Positions 18,001-36,000 of a stretch of DNA of 64,000 bases are shown one piece after another. A model generated the notes under the pieces. It was not told the origin of the DNA. It did no database searches and saw only the letters and a program-made list of their open reading frames with translations. Within the stretch, counting starts at the first letter, position 1; each line of letters opens with the position of its first letter. The DNA comes from Eledone cirrhosa (lineage: Eukaryota). The stretch covers positions 422,592,001 through 422,656,000 of the forward strand of contig OZ024740.1 of assembly GCA_964016885.1 (NCBI GenBank), written 5' to 3'. The position numbers and the translations under genes were made by a program.

Positions 18001-21000
18001 CTAACATAACATCCAATACAATATTATACATTTCCACACCAGTTTACCTAACATAACACCCAGTACAATATTATATATTTCCAAACCAGTTTACCTCACA
18101 TAACACCCAATACAATATTATATATTTCCACACCAGTTTACCTCACATAACATCTAATACAATATTATATATTTGCAGACCAGTTTACCTCGCATTTAAT
18201 ACGATATTACATATTTCCACACAAGTTTACCTCACATAACACCCAATACAATATTATATATTTCCACACCAGTTTACCTCAATTAACACCCAATACAATA
18301 TTATGTATTTCCACACCAGTTTACCTCACATAACACCCAATACAATATTATATATTTCCACACCAGTTTACCTCACATGACACCCAATACAATATTATAT
18401 ATTTCCACACCAGTTTACCTCATATAACATCTAATACAATATTATATATTTCCACACCAATTTACCTCACATAACACCCAATACAATATTATATATTTCC
18501 ACACCAGTTTACCTCACATAACACCCAATACAATATTATATATTTCCACACCAAGTTACCTAACATAACATCCAATACAATATTATACATTTCCACACCA
18601 GTTTACCTCACATAACACCCAATACAATATTATATATTTCCACACCAGTTTACCTCACATAACACCCAATACAATATTATATATTTCCACACCAGTTTAC
18701 CTCACATAACATCTAATACAATATTATATATTTGCAGACCAGTTTACCTCGCATTTAATACGATATTACATATTTCCACACAAGTTTACCTCACATAACA
18801 CCCAATACAATATTATATATTTCCACACCAGTTTACCTCAATTAACACCCAATGCAATATTATATATTTCCACACCAGTTTACCTCACTTAACACCCAAT
18901 ACAATATTATATATTTCCACACCAGTTTACCTCACATGACATCCAATACAATATATATTTCCACACCAGTTTAACTCACATAACATCCAATGCAATATTA
19001 TATATTTCCACACCAGTTTAACTCACATAACACCCAATACAATATTATATATTTCCACACCAGTTTAGCTCACATAACATCTAATACAATATTATATATT
19101 TCCACACCAGTTTACCTCACATAACACCCAATACAACATTATATATTCCCACACCAGTTTACCTCACATAACACCCAATACAATATTATATATTTCCACA
19201 CCAGTTTACCTCACATAACCCCCAATACAATATTATATATTTCCACACCAGTTTACCTCACATAACATTTAAGATAATATATATTTCCACACCAGATTAC
19301 CTCACATAACACCCAATACAATATTATATATTTCCACACCAGTTTACCTCACAACATCTAATACAATATTATATATTTCCACACCAGTTTACCTCACATA
19401 ACACCCAATACAACATTATATATTCCCACACCAGTTTACCTCAAATAACACCCAATACAATATTATATATTTCCACACCAGTTTACCTCACATAACCCCC
19501 AATACAATATTATATATTTCCTCACCAGTTTACCTCACATAACACCCAATACAATATTATATATTTCCACACCAGTTTACCTCACATAACATCCAACACA
19601 ATATTATATATTTCCACACCAGTTTACCTCACATAACATCTAATACAATATTATATATTTCCTCACCAGTTTACCTCACATAACACCCAATACAATATTT
19701 TATATTTCCACACCAGTTTACCTTACATAACATCCAATCAAATATTATAAATTTCCACACCAGTTTACCTCACATAACATCTAGTACAATATTATATATT
19801 TCCACACCAGTTTACCTCACATAACACCCAATACAATATTATATATTTCCACACCAGTTTACCTCACATAACACCCAATACAATATTATATATTTCCACA
19901 CCAGTTTACCTCAGATAACATCCAATACAATATTATATATTTCCACACCAGTTTACCTCACTAACACCCAATACAATATTATATATTTCCACACCAGTTA
20001 ACCTCACATAACATCTAATACAATATTATATATTTCCTGACCAGTTTACCTCGCATCTAATACGATATTCCATATTTCCACACAAGTTTACCTCACATAA
20101 CACCCAATACAATATTATATATTTCCACACCAGTTTACCTCAATTAACACCAAATACAATATTATATATTTCCACACCAGTTTACCTCACATAACACCCA
20201 ATACAATATTATATATTTCCACACCAGTTTACCTCAATTAACACCAAATACATTATTATATATTTCCACACCAGTTTACCTCACATAACACCCAATACAA
20301 TATTATATATTTCCACACCAGTTTACCTCACATAACATTTAATATAATATTATATATTTCCACACCAGATTACCTCACATAACACCCAATACAATATTAT
20401 ATATTTCCACACCAGTTTACCTCACATAATATCTAATACAATATTATATATTTCCACACAAGTTTACCTCACAGAACATCTAATACAATATTATATATTT
20501 CCACACCAGTTTACCTCACATAACACCCAATACAACATTATATATTCCCACACCAGTTTACCTCACATAACACCCAATACAAAATTATATATTTCCACAC
20601 CAGTTTACCTCACATAACACCCAATACAATATTATATATTTCCACACCAGTTTACCTCACATGACATCCAATACAATATATATTTCCACACCAGTTTAAC
20701 TCACATAACATCCAATACAATATTATATATTTCCACACCAGTTTAACTCACATAACACCCAATACAATATTATGTATTTCCACACCAGTTTACCTCACAT
20801 AACACCCAATACAATATTATATATTTCCACACCAGTTAACCTCACATAACATCCAATACAATATATATTTCCACAGCAGTTTAACTCACATAACATCCAA
20901 TACAATATTATATATTTCCACACCAGTTTAACTCACATAACACCCAATACAATATTATATATTTCCACACCAGTTTACCTCACATAACATTTAATATAAT

Positions 21001-24000
21001 ATTATATATTTCCACACCAGATTACCTCACATAACACCCAATACAATATTATATATTTCCACACCAGTTTACCTCACATAATATCTAATACAATATTATA
21101 TATTTCCACACAAGTTTACCTCACAGAACATCTAATACAATATTATATATTTCCACACCAGTTTACCTCACATAACACCCAATACAACATTATATATTCC
21201 CACACCAGTTTACCTCACATAACACCCAATACAAAATTATATATTTCCACACCAGTTTACCTCACATAACCCCCAATACAATATTATATATTTCCACACC
21301 AGTTTACCTCACATAACACCCAATACAATATTATATATTTCCACACCAGTTTACCTCACATAACATCTAATACAATATTATATATTTCCAGACCAGTTTA
21401 CCTCGCATCTAATACGATATTACATATTTCCACACAAGTTTACCTCATAACACCCAATACAATATTATATATTTCCACACCAGTCTACCTCACTTAACAC
21501 CCAATACAATATTATATATTTCCACACCAGTTTACCTCACATAACACCCAATACAATATTATATATTCCCACACCAGTTTACCTCACATGACATCCAATA
21601 CAATATATATTTCCACACCAGTTTAACTCACATAACATCCAATACAATATATATTTCCACACCAGTTTAGCTCACATAACATCTAATACAATATATATAT
21701 TTGCACACCAGTTTACCTCACATAACACCCAATACAATATTATATATTTCCACACCAGTTTACCTCACATAACATTTAATATAATATATATTTCCACACC
21801 AGATTATCTCACATAACACCCAATCCAATATTATATATTTCCACACCAGTTTACCTCACATCTAATACAATATTATATATTTCCACACAAGTTTACCTCA
21901 CATAACATCTAATACAATATTATATATTTCCACACCAGTTTACCTCACATAACACCCAATACAACATTATATATTCCCACACCAGTTTACCTCACATAAC
22001 ACCCAATACAATATTATATATTTCCACACCAGTTTACCTCACATAACCCCCAATACAATATTATATATTTCCACACCAGTTTACCTCACATAACACCCAA
22101 TACAATATTATATATTTCCACACCAGTTTACCTCATATAACATCTAATACAATATTATATATTTCCACACCAATTTACCTCACATAACACCCAATACAAT
22201 ATTATATATTTCCACACCAGTTTACCTCACATAACACCCAATACAATATTATATATTTCCACACCAAGTTACCTAACATAACATCCAATACAATATACAT
22301 TTCCACACCAGTTTACCTCACATAACACCCAATACAATATTATATATTTCCACACCAGTTTACCTCACATAACACCCAATACAATATTATATATTTCCAC
22401 ACCAGTTTACCTCACATAACATCTAATACAATATTATATATTTGCAGACCAGTTTACCTCGCATTTAATACGATATTACATATTTCCACACAAGTTTACC
22501 TCACATAACACCCAATACAATATTATATATTTCCACACCAGTTTACCTCAATTAACACCCAATACAATATTATATATTTCCACACCAGTTTACCTCACAT
22601 AACACCCAATACAATATTATATATTTCCACACCAGTTTACCTCACATGACATCCAATACAATATATATTTCCACACCAGTTTAACTCACATAACATCCAA
22701 TGCAATATTATATATTTCCACACCAGTTTAACTCACATAACACCCAATACAATATTATATATTTCCACACCAGTTTAGCTCACATAACATCTAATACAAT
22801 ATTATATATTTCCACACCAGTTTACCTCACATAACACCCAATACAACATTATATATTCCCACACCAGTTTACCTCACATAACACCCAATACAATATTATA
22901 TATTTCCACACCAGTTTACCTCACATAACCCCCAATACAATATTATATATTTCCACACCAGTTTACCTCAATTAACACCCAATACAATATTATATATTTC
23001 CACACCAGTTTACCTCACATAACACCCAATACAATATTATATATTTCCACACCAGTTTACCTCACATAACATTTAATATAATATATATTTCCACACCAGA
23101 TTACCTCACATAACACCCAATACAATATTATATATTTCCACACCAGTTTACCTCACAACATCTAATACAATATTATATATTTCCACACCAGTTTACCTCA
23201 CATAACACCCAATACAACATTATATATTCCCACACCAGTTTACCTCAAATAACACCCAATACAATATTATATATTTCCACACCAGTTTACCTCACATAAC
23301 CCCCAATACAATATTATATATTTCCTCACCAGTTTACCTCACATAACACCCAATACAATATTATATATTTCCACACCAGTTTACCTCACATAACATCCAA
23401 CACAATATTATATATTTCCACACCAGTTTACCTCACATAACATCTAATACAATATTATATATTTCCTCACCAGTTTACCTCACATAACACCCAATACAAT
23501 ATTTTATATTTCCACACCAGTTTACCTTACATAACATCCAATCAAATATTATAAATTTCCACACCAGTTTACCTCACATAACATCTAGTACAATATTATA
23601 TATTTCCACACCAGTTTACCTCACATAACACCCAATACAATATTATATATTTCCACACCAGTTTACCTCACATAACACCCAATACAATATTATATATTTC
23701 CACACCAGTTTACCTCACATAACATCCAATACAATATTATATATTTCCACACCAGTTTACCTCACTAACACCCAATACAATATTATATATTTCCACACCA
23801 GTTAACCTCACATAACATCTAATACAATATTATATATTTCCTGACCAGTTTACCTCGCATCTAATACGATATTCCATATTTCCACACAAGTTTACCTCAC
23901 ATAACTCCCAATACAATATTATATATTTCCACACCAGTTTACCTCAATTAACACCAAATACAATATTATATATTTCCACACCAGTTTACCTCACATAACA

Positions 24001-27000
24001 CCCAATACAATATTATATATTTCCACACCAGTTTACCTCAATTAACACCAAATACATTATTATATATTTCCACACCAGTTTACCTCACATAACACCCAAT
24101 ACAATATTATATATTTCCACACCAGTTTAACTCACATAACACCCAATACAATATTATATATTTCCACACCAATTTAACTCACATAACATCGAATACAATA
24201 TATATTTGCACACCAGTTTACCTCACATAACACCCAATACAATATTATATATTTCCACACCAGTTTACCTCACATAACATTTAATATAATATATATTTCC
24301 ACACCAGATTATCTCACATAACACCCAATCCAATATTATATATTTCCACACCAGTTTACCTCACATCTAATACAATATTATATATTTCCACACAAGTTTA
24401 CCTCACATAACATCTAATACAATATTATATATTTCCACACCAGTTTACCTCACATAACACCCAATACAACATTATATATTCCCACACCAGTTTACCTCAC
24501 ATAACACCCAATACAATATTATATATTTCCACACCAGTTTACCTCACATAACCCCCAATACAATATTATATATTTCCACACCAGTTTACCTCACATAACA
24601 CCCAATACATTATATATTTCCACACCAGTTTACCTCATATAACATCTAATACAATATTATATATTTCCACACCAATTTACCTCACATAACACCCAATACA
24701 ATATTATATATTTCCACACCAGTTTACCTCACATAACACCCAATACAATATTATATATTTCCACACCAAGTTACCTAACATAACATCCAATACAATATAC
24801 ATTTCCACACCAGTTTACCTCACATAACACCCAATACAATATTATATATTTCCACACCAGTTTACCTCACATAACACCCAATACAATATTATATATTTCC
24901 ACACCAGTTTACCTCACATAACATCTAATACAATATTATATATTTGCAGACCAGTTTACCTCGCATTTAATACGATATTACATATTTCCACACAAGTTTA
25001 CCTCACATAACACCCAATACAATATTATATATTTCCACACCAGTTTACCTCAATTAACACCCAATACAATATTATATATTTCCACACCAGTTTACCTCAC
25101 ATAACACCCAATACAATATTATATATTTCCACACCAGTTTACCTCACATGACATCCAATACAATATATATTTCCACACCAGTTTAACTCACATAACATCC
25201 AATGCAATATTATATATTTCCACACCAGTTTAACTCACATAACACCCAATACAATATTATATATTTCCACACCAGTTTAGCTCACATAACATCTAATACA
25301 ATATTATATATTTCCACACCAGTTTACCTCACATAACACCCAATACAACATTATATATTCCCACACCAGTTTACCTCACATAACACCCAATACAATATTA
25401 TATATTTCCACACCAGTTTACCTCACATAACCCCCAATACAATATTATATATTTCCACACCAGTTTACCTCAATTAACACCCAATACAATATTATATATT
25501 TCCACACCAGTTTACCTCACATAACACCCAATACAATATTATATATTTCCACACCAGTTTACCTCACATAACATTTAATATAATATATATTTCCACACCA
25601 GATTACCTCACATAACACCCAATACAATATTATATATTTCCACACCAGTTTACCTCACAACATCTAATACAATATTATATATTTCCACACCAGTTTACCT
25701 CACATAACACCCAATACAACATTATATATTCCCACACCAGTTTACCTCAAATAACACCCAATACAATATTATATATTTCCACACCAGTTTACCTCACATA
25801 ACCCCCAATACAATATTATATATTTCCTCACCAGTTTACCTCACATAACACCCAATACAATATTATATATTTCCACACCAGTTTACCTCACATAACATCC
25901 AACACAATATTATATATTTCCACACCAGTTTACCTCACATAACATCTAATACAATATTATATATTTCCTCACCAGTTTACCTCACATAACACCCAATACA
26001 ATATTTTATATTTCCACACCAGTTTACCTTACATAACATCCAATCAAATATTATAAATTTCCACACCAGTTTACCTCACATAACATCTAGTACAATATTA
26101 TATATTTCCACACCAGTTTACCTCACATAACACCCAATACAATATTATATATTTCCACACCAGTTTACCTCACATAACACCCAATACAATATTATATATT
26201 TCCACACCAGTTTACCTCACATAACATCCAATACAATATTATATATTTCCACACCAGTTTACCTCACTAACACCCAATACAATATTATATATTTCCACAC
26301 CAGTTAACCTCACATAACATCTAATACAATATTATATATTTCCTGACCAGTTTACCTCGCATCTAATACGATATTCCATATTTCCACACAAGTTTACCTC
26401 ACATAACTCCCAATACAATATTATATATTTCCACACCAGTTTACCTCAATTAACACCAAATACAATATTATATATTTCCACACCAGTTTACCTCACATAA
26501 CACCCAATACAATATTATATATTTCCACACCAGTTTACCTCAATTAACACCAAATACATTATTATATATTTCCACACCAGTTTACCTCACATAACACCCA
26601 ATACAATATTATATATTTCCACACCAGTTTAACTCACATAACACCCAATACAATATTATATATTTCCACACCAATTTAACTCACATAACATCGAATACAA
26701 TATATATTTGCACACCAGTTTACCTCACATAACACCCAATACAATATTATATATTTCCACACCAGTTTACCTCACATAACATTTAATATAATATTATATA
26801 TTTCCACACCAGATTACCTCACATAACACCCAATACAATATTATATATTTCCACACCAGTTTACCTCACATAATATCTAATACAATATTATATATTTCCA
26901 CACAAGTTTACCTCACAGAACATCTAATACAATATTATATATTTCCACACCAGTTTACCTCACATAACACCCAATACAACATTATATATTCCCACACCAG

Positions 27001-30000
27001 TTTACCTCACATAACACCCAATACAAAATTATATATTTCCACACCAGTTTACCTCACATAACCCCCAATACAATATTATATATTTCCACACCAGTTTACC
27101 TCACATAACACCCAATACAATATTATATAATTCCACACCAGTTTACCTCACATAACATCTAATACAATATTATATATTTCCAGACCAGTTTACCTCGCAT
27201 CTAATACGATATTACATATTTCCACACAAGTTTACCTCACATAACACCCAATACAATATTATATATTTCCACACCAGTCTACCTCACTTAACACCCAATA
27301 CAATATTATATATTTCCACACCAGTTTACCTCACATAACACCCAATACAATATTATATATTCCCACACCAGTTTACCTCACATGACATCCAATACAATAT
27401 ATATTTCCACACCAGTTTAACTCACATAACATCCAATACAATATATATTTCCACACCAGTTTAGCTCACATAACATCTAATACAATATTATATATTTCCA
27501 CACCAATTTACCTCACATAACACCCAATACAATATTATATATTTCCACACCAGATAACCTCACATAACACCCAATACAATATTATATATTTCCACACCAA
27601 GTTACCTAACATAACATCCAATACAATATTATACATTTCCACACCAGTTTACCTCACATAACACCCAATACAATATTATATATTTCCACACCAGTTTACC
27701 TCAATTAACACCCAATACAATATTATATATTTCCACACCAGTTTACCTCACATAACACCCAATACAATATTATATATTTCCACACCAGTTTACCTCACAT
27801 GACATCCAATACAATATATATTTCCACACCAGTTTAACTCACATAACATCCAATGCAATATTATATATTTCCACACCAGTTTACCTCACTAACACCCAAT
27901 ACAATATATATTTCCACACCAGTTAACCTGACATAACATCTAATACAATATTATATATTTCCTGACCAGTTTACCTCGCATCTAATACGATATTCCATAT
28001 TTCCACACAAGTTTACCTCACATAACACCCAATACAATATTATATATTTCCACACCAGTTTACCTCAATTAACACCAAATACAATATTATATATTTCCAC
28101 ACCAGTTTACCTCACATAACACCCAATACAATATTATATATTTCCACACCAGTTTACCTCAATTAACACCAAATACATTATTATATATTTCCACACCAGT
28201 TTACCTCACATAACACCCAATACAATATTATATATTTCCACACCAGTTTAACTCACATAACACCCAATACAATATTATATATTTCCACACCAATTTAGCT
28301 CACATAACATCGAATACAATATATATTTGCACACCAGTTTACCTCACATAACACCCAATACAATATTATATATTTCCACACCAGTTTACCTCACATAACA
28401 TTTAATATAATATTATATATTTCCACACCAGATTACCTCACATAACACCCAATACAATATTATATATTTCCACACCAGTTTACCTCACATAATATCTAAT
28501 ACAATATTATATATTTCCACACAAGTTTACCTCACAGAACATCTAATACAATATTATATATTTCCACACCAGTTTACCTCACATAACACCCAATACAACA
28601 TTATATATTCCGACACCAGTTTACCTCACATAACACCCAATACAAAATTATATATTTCCACACCAGTTTACCTCACATAACACCCAATACAATATTATAT
28701 ATTTCCACACCAGTTTACCTCACTAACACCCAATACAATATTATATATTTCCACACCAGTTAACCTCACATAACATCTAATACAATATTATATATTTCCT
28801 GACCAGTTTACCTCGCATCTAATACGATATTCCATATTTCCACACAAGTTTACCTCACATAACTCCCAATACAATATTATATATTTCCACACCAGTTTAC
28901 CTCAATTAACACCAAATACAATATTATATATTTCCACACCAGTTTACCTCACATAACACCCAATACAATATTATATATTTCCACACCAGTTTACCTCAAT
29001 TAACACCAAATACATTATTATATATTTCCACACCAGTTTACCTCACATAACACCCAATACAATATTATATATTTCCACACCAGTTTAACTCACATAACAC
29101 CCAATACAATATTATATATTTCCACACCAATTTAACTCACATAACATCGAATACAATATATATTTGCACACCAGTTTACCTCACATAACACCCAATACAA
29201 TATTATATATTTCCACACCAGTTTACCTCACATAACATTTAATATAATATTATATATTTCCACACCAGATTACCTCACATAACACCCAATACAATATTAT
29301 ATATTTCCACACCAGTTTACCTCACATAATATCTAATACAATATTATATATTTCCACACAAGTTTACCTCACAGAACATCTAATACAATATTATATATTT
29401 CCACACCAGTTTACCTCACATAACACCCAATACAACATTATATATTCCCACACCAGTTTACCTCACATAACACCCAATACAAAATTATATATTTCCACAC
29501 CAGTTTACCTCACATAACCCCCAATACAATATTATATATTTCCACACCAGTTTACCTCACATAACACCCAATACAATATTATATAATTCCACACCAGTTT
29601 ACCTCACATAACATCTAATACAATATTATATATTTCCAGACCAGTTTACCTCGCATCTAATACGATATTACATATTTCCACACAAGTTTACCTCACATAA
29701 CACCCAATACAATATTATATATTTCCACACCAGTCTACCTCACTTAACACCCAATACAATATTATATATTTCCACACCAGTTTACCTCACATAACACCCA
29801 ATACAATATTATATATTCCCACACCAGTTTACCTCACATGACATCCAATACAATATATATTTCCACACCAGTTTAACTCACATAACATCCAATACAATAT
29901 ATATTTCCACACCAGTTTAGCTCACATAACATCTAATACAATATTATATATTTCCACACCAATTTACCTCACATAACACCCAATACAATATTATATATTT

Positions 30001-33000
30001 CCACACCAGATAACCTCACATAACACCCAATACAATATTATATATTTCCACACCAAGTTACCTAACATAACATCCAATACAATATTATACATTTCCACAC
30101 CAGTTTACCTCACATAACACCCAATACAATATTATATATTTCCACACCAGTTTACCTCAATTAACACCCAATACAATATTATATATTTCCACACCAGTTT
30201 ACCTCACATAACACCCAATACAATATTATATATTTCCACACCAGTTTACCTCACATGACATCCAATACAATATATATTTCCACACCAGTTTAACTCACAT
30301 AACATCCAATGCAATATTATATATTTCCACACCAGTTTACCTCACTAACACCCAATACAATATATATTTCCACACCAGTTAACCTGACATAACATCTAAT
30401 ACAATATTATATATTTCCTGACCAGTTTACCTCGCATCTAATACGATATTCCATATTTCCACACAAGTTTACCTCACATAACACCCAATACAATATTATA
30501 TATTTCCACACCAGTTTACCTCAATTAACACCAAATACAATATTATATATTTCCACACCAGTTTACCTCACATAACACCCAATACAATATTATATATTTC
30601 CACACCAGTTTACCTCAATTAACACCAAATACATTATTATATATTTCCACACCAGTTTACCTCACATAACACCCAATACAATATTATATATTTCCACACC
30701 AGTTTAACTCACATAACACCCAATACAATATTATATATTTCCACACCAATTTAGCTCACATAACATCGAATACAATATATATTTGCACACCAGTTTACCT
30801 CACATAACACCCAATACAATATTATATATTTCCACACCAGTTTACCTCACATAACATTTAATATAATATTATATATTTCCACACCAGATTACCTCACATA
30901 ACACCCAATACAATATTATATATTTCCACACCAGTTTACCTCACATAATATCTAATACAATATTATATATTTCCACACAAGTTTACCTCACAGAACATCT
31001 AATACAATATTATATATTTCCACACCAGTTTACCTCACATAACACCCAATACAACATTATATATTCCGACACCAGTTTACCTCACATAACACCCAATACA
31101 AAATTATATATTTCCACACCAGTTTACCTCACATAACACCCAATACAATATTATATATTTCCACACCAGTTTACCTCACATGACATCCAATACAATATAT
31201 ATTTCCACACCAGTTTAACTCACATAACATCCAATACAATATTATATATTTCCACACCAGTTTAACTCACATAACACCCAATACAATATTATGTATTTCC
31301 ACACCAGTTTACCTCACATAACACCCAATACAATATTATATATTTCCACACCAGTTAACCTCACATAACATCCAATACAATATATATTTCCACAGCAGTT
31401 TAACTCACATAACATCCAATACAATATTATATATTTCCACACCAGTTTAACTCACATAACACCCAATACAATATTATATATTTCCACACCAGTTTACCTC
31501 ACATAACACCCAATACAATATTATATATTTCCACACCAGTTAACCTCACATAACATCCAATACAATATATATTTCCACACCAGTTTAACTCACATAACAT
31601 CCAATACAATATTATATATTTCCACACCAGTTTAACTCACATAACACCCAATACAATATTATATATTTCCACACCAGTTTACCTCACATAACACCCAATA
31701 CAATATTATATATTTCCACACCAATTTACCTAACATAACATCCAATACAATATTATACATTTCCACACCAGTTTACCTAACATAACACCCAGTACAATAT
31801 TATATATTTCCAAACCAGTTTACCTCACATAACACCCAATACAATATTATATATTTCCACACCAGTTTACCTCACATAACATCTAATACAATATTATATA
31901 TTTGCAGACCAGTTTACCTCGCATTTAATACGATATTACATATTTCCACACAAGTTTACCTCACATAACACCCAATACAATATTATATATTTCCACACCA
32001 GTTTACCTCAATTAACACCCAATACAATATTATGTATTTCCACACCAGTTTACCTCACATAACACCCAATACAATATTATATATTTCCACACCAGTTTAC
32101 CTCACATGACACCCAATACAATATTATATATTTCCACACCAGTTTACCTCATATAACATCTAATACAATATTATATATTTCCACACCAATTTACCTCACA
32201 TAACACCCAATACAATATTATATATTTCCACACCAGTTTACCTCACATAACACCCAATACAATATTATATATTTCCACACCAAGTTACCTAACATAACAT
32301 CCAATACAATATTATACATTTCCACACCAGTTTACCTCACATAACACCCAATACAATATTATATATTTCCACACCAGTTTACCTCACATAACACCCAATA
32401 CAATATTATATATTTCCACACCAGTTTACCTCACATAACATCTAATACAATATTATATATTTGCAGACCAGTTTACCTCGCATTTAATACGATATTACAT
32501 ATTTCCACACAAGTTTACCTCACATAACACCCAATACAATATTATATATTTCCACACCAGTTTACCTCAATTAACACCCAATGCAATATTATATATTTCC
32601 ACACCAGTTTACCTCACATAACACCCAATACAATATTATATATTTCCACACCAGTTTACCTCACATGACATCCAATACAATATATATTTCCACACCAGTT
32701 TAACTCACATAACATCCAATGCAATATTATATATTTCCACACCAGTTTAACTCACATAACACCCAATACAATATTATATATTTCCACACCAGTTTAGCTC
32801 ACATAACATCTAATACAATATTATATATTTCCACACCAGTTTACCTCACATAACACCCAATACAACATTATATATTCCCACACCAGTTTACCTCACATAA
32901 CACCCAATACAATATTATATATTTCCACACCAGTTTACCTCACATAACCCCCAATACAATATTATATATTTCCACACCAGTTTACCTCACATAACATTTA

Positions 33001-36000
33001 AGATAATATATATTTCCACACCAGATTACCTCACATAACACCCAATACAATATTATATATTTCCACACCAGTTTACCTCACAACATCTAATACAATATTA
33101 TATATTTCCACACCAGTTTACCTCACATAACACCCAATACAACATTATATATTCCCACACCAGTTTACCTCAAATAACACCCAATACAATATTATATATT
33201 TCCACACCAGTTTACCTCACATAACCCCCAATACAATATTATATATTTCCTCACCAGTTTACCTCACATAACACCCAATACAATATTATATATTTCCACA
33301 CCAGTTTACCTCACATAACATCCAACACAATATTATATATTTCCACACCAGTTTACCTCACATAACATCTAATACAATATTATATATTTCCTCACCAGTT
33401 TACCTCACATAACACCCAATACAATATTTTATATTTCCACACCAGTTTACCTTACATAACATCCAATCAAATATTATAAATTTCCACACCAGTTTACCTC
33501 ACATAACATCTAGTACAATATTATATATTTCCACACCAGTTTACCTCACATAACACCCAATACAATATTATATATTTCCACACCAGTTTACCTCACATAA
33601 CACCCAATACAATATTATATATTTCCACACCAGTTTACCTCAGATAACATCCAATACAATATTATATATTTCCACACCAGTTTACCTCACTAACACCCAA
33701 TACAATATTATATATTTCCACACCAGTTAACCTCACATAACATCTAATACAATATTATATATTTCCTGACCAGTTTACCTCGCATCTAATACGATATTCC
33801 ATATTTCCACACAAGTTTACCTCACATAACACCCAATACAATATTATATATTTCCACACCAGTTTACCTCAATTAACACCAAATACAATATTATATATTT
33901 CCACACCAGTTTACCTCACATAACACCCAATACAATATTATATATTTCCACACCAGTTTACCTCAATTAACACCAAATACATTATTATATATTTCCACAC
34001 CAGTTTACCTCACATAACACCCAATACAATATTATATATTTCCACACCAGTTTACCTCACATAACATTTAATATAATATTATATATTTCCACACCAGATT
34101 ACCTCACATAACACCCAATACAATATTATATATTTCCACACCAGTTTACCTCACATAATATCTAATACAATATTATATATTTCCACACAAGTTTACCTCA
34201 CAGAACATCTAATACAATATTATATATTTCCACACCAGTTTACCTCACATAACACCCAATACAACATTATATATTCCCACACCAGTTTACCTCACATAAC
34301 ACCCAATACAAAATTATATATTTCCACACCAGTTTACCTCACATAACACCCAATACAATATTATATATTTCCACACCAGTTTACCTCACATGACATCCAA
34401 TACAATATATATTTCCACACCAGTTTAACTCACATAACATCCAATACAATATTATATATTTCCACACCAGTTTAACTCACATAACACCCAATACAATATT
34501 ATGTATTTCCACACCAGTTTACCTCACATAACACCCAATACAATATTATATATTTCCACACCAGTTAACCTCACATAACATCCAATACAATATATATTTC
34601 CACAGCAGTTTAACTCACATAACATCCAATACAATATTATATATTTCCACACCAGTTTAACTCACATAACACCCAATACAATATTATATATTTCCACACC
34701 AGTTTACCTCACATAACACCCAATACAATATTATATATTTCCACACCAGTTAACCTCACATAACATCCAATACAATATATATTTCCACACCAGTTTAACT
34801 CACATAACATCCAATACAATATTATATATTTCCACACCAGTTTAACTCACATAACACCCAATACAATATTATATATTTCCACACCAGTTTACCTCACATA
34901 ACACCCAATACAATATTATATATTTCCACACCAATTTACCTAACATAACATCCAATACAATATTATACATTTCCACACCAGTTTACCTAACATAACACCC
35001 AGTACAATATTATATATTTCCAAACCAGTTTACCTCACATAACACCCAATACAATATTATATATTTCCACACCAGTTTACCTCACATAACATCTAATACA
35101 ATATTATATATTTGCAGACCAGTTTACCTCGCATTTAATACGATATTACATATTTCCACACAAGTTTACCTCACATAACACCCAATACAATATTATATAT
35201 TTCCACACCAGTTTACCTCAATTAACACCCAATACAATATTATGTATTTCCACACCAGTTTACCTCACATAACACCCAATACAATATTATATATTTCCAC
35301 ACCAGTTTACCTCACATGACACCCAATACAATATTATATATTTCCACACCAGTTTACCTCATATAACATCTAATACAATATTATATATTTCCACACCAAT
35401 TTACCTCACATAACACCCAATACAATATTATATATTTCCACACCAGTTTACCTCACATAACACCCAATACAATATTATATATTTCCACACCAAGTTACCT
35501 AACATAACATCCAATACAATATTATACATTTCCACACCAGTTTACCTCACATAACACCCAATACAATATTATATATTTCCACACCAGTTTACCTCACATA
35601 ACACCCAATACAATATTATATATTTCCACACCAGTTTACCTCACATAACATCTAATACAATATTATATATTTGCAGACCAGTTTACCTCGCATTTAATAC
35701 GATATTACATATTTCCACACAAGTTTACCTCACATAACACCCAATACAATATTATATATTTCCACACCAGTTTACCTCAATTAACACCCAATGCAATATT
35801 ATATATTTCCACACCAGTTTACCTCACATAACACCCAATACAATATTATATATTTCCACACCAGTTTACCTCACATGACATCCAATACAATATATATTTC
35901 CACACCAGTTTAACTCACATAACATCCAATGCAATATTATATATTTCCACACCAGTTTAACTCACATAACACCCAATACAATATTATATATTTCCACACC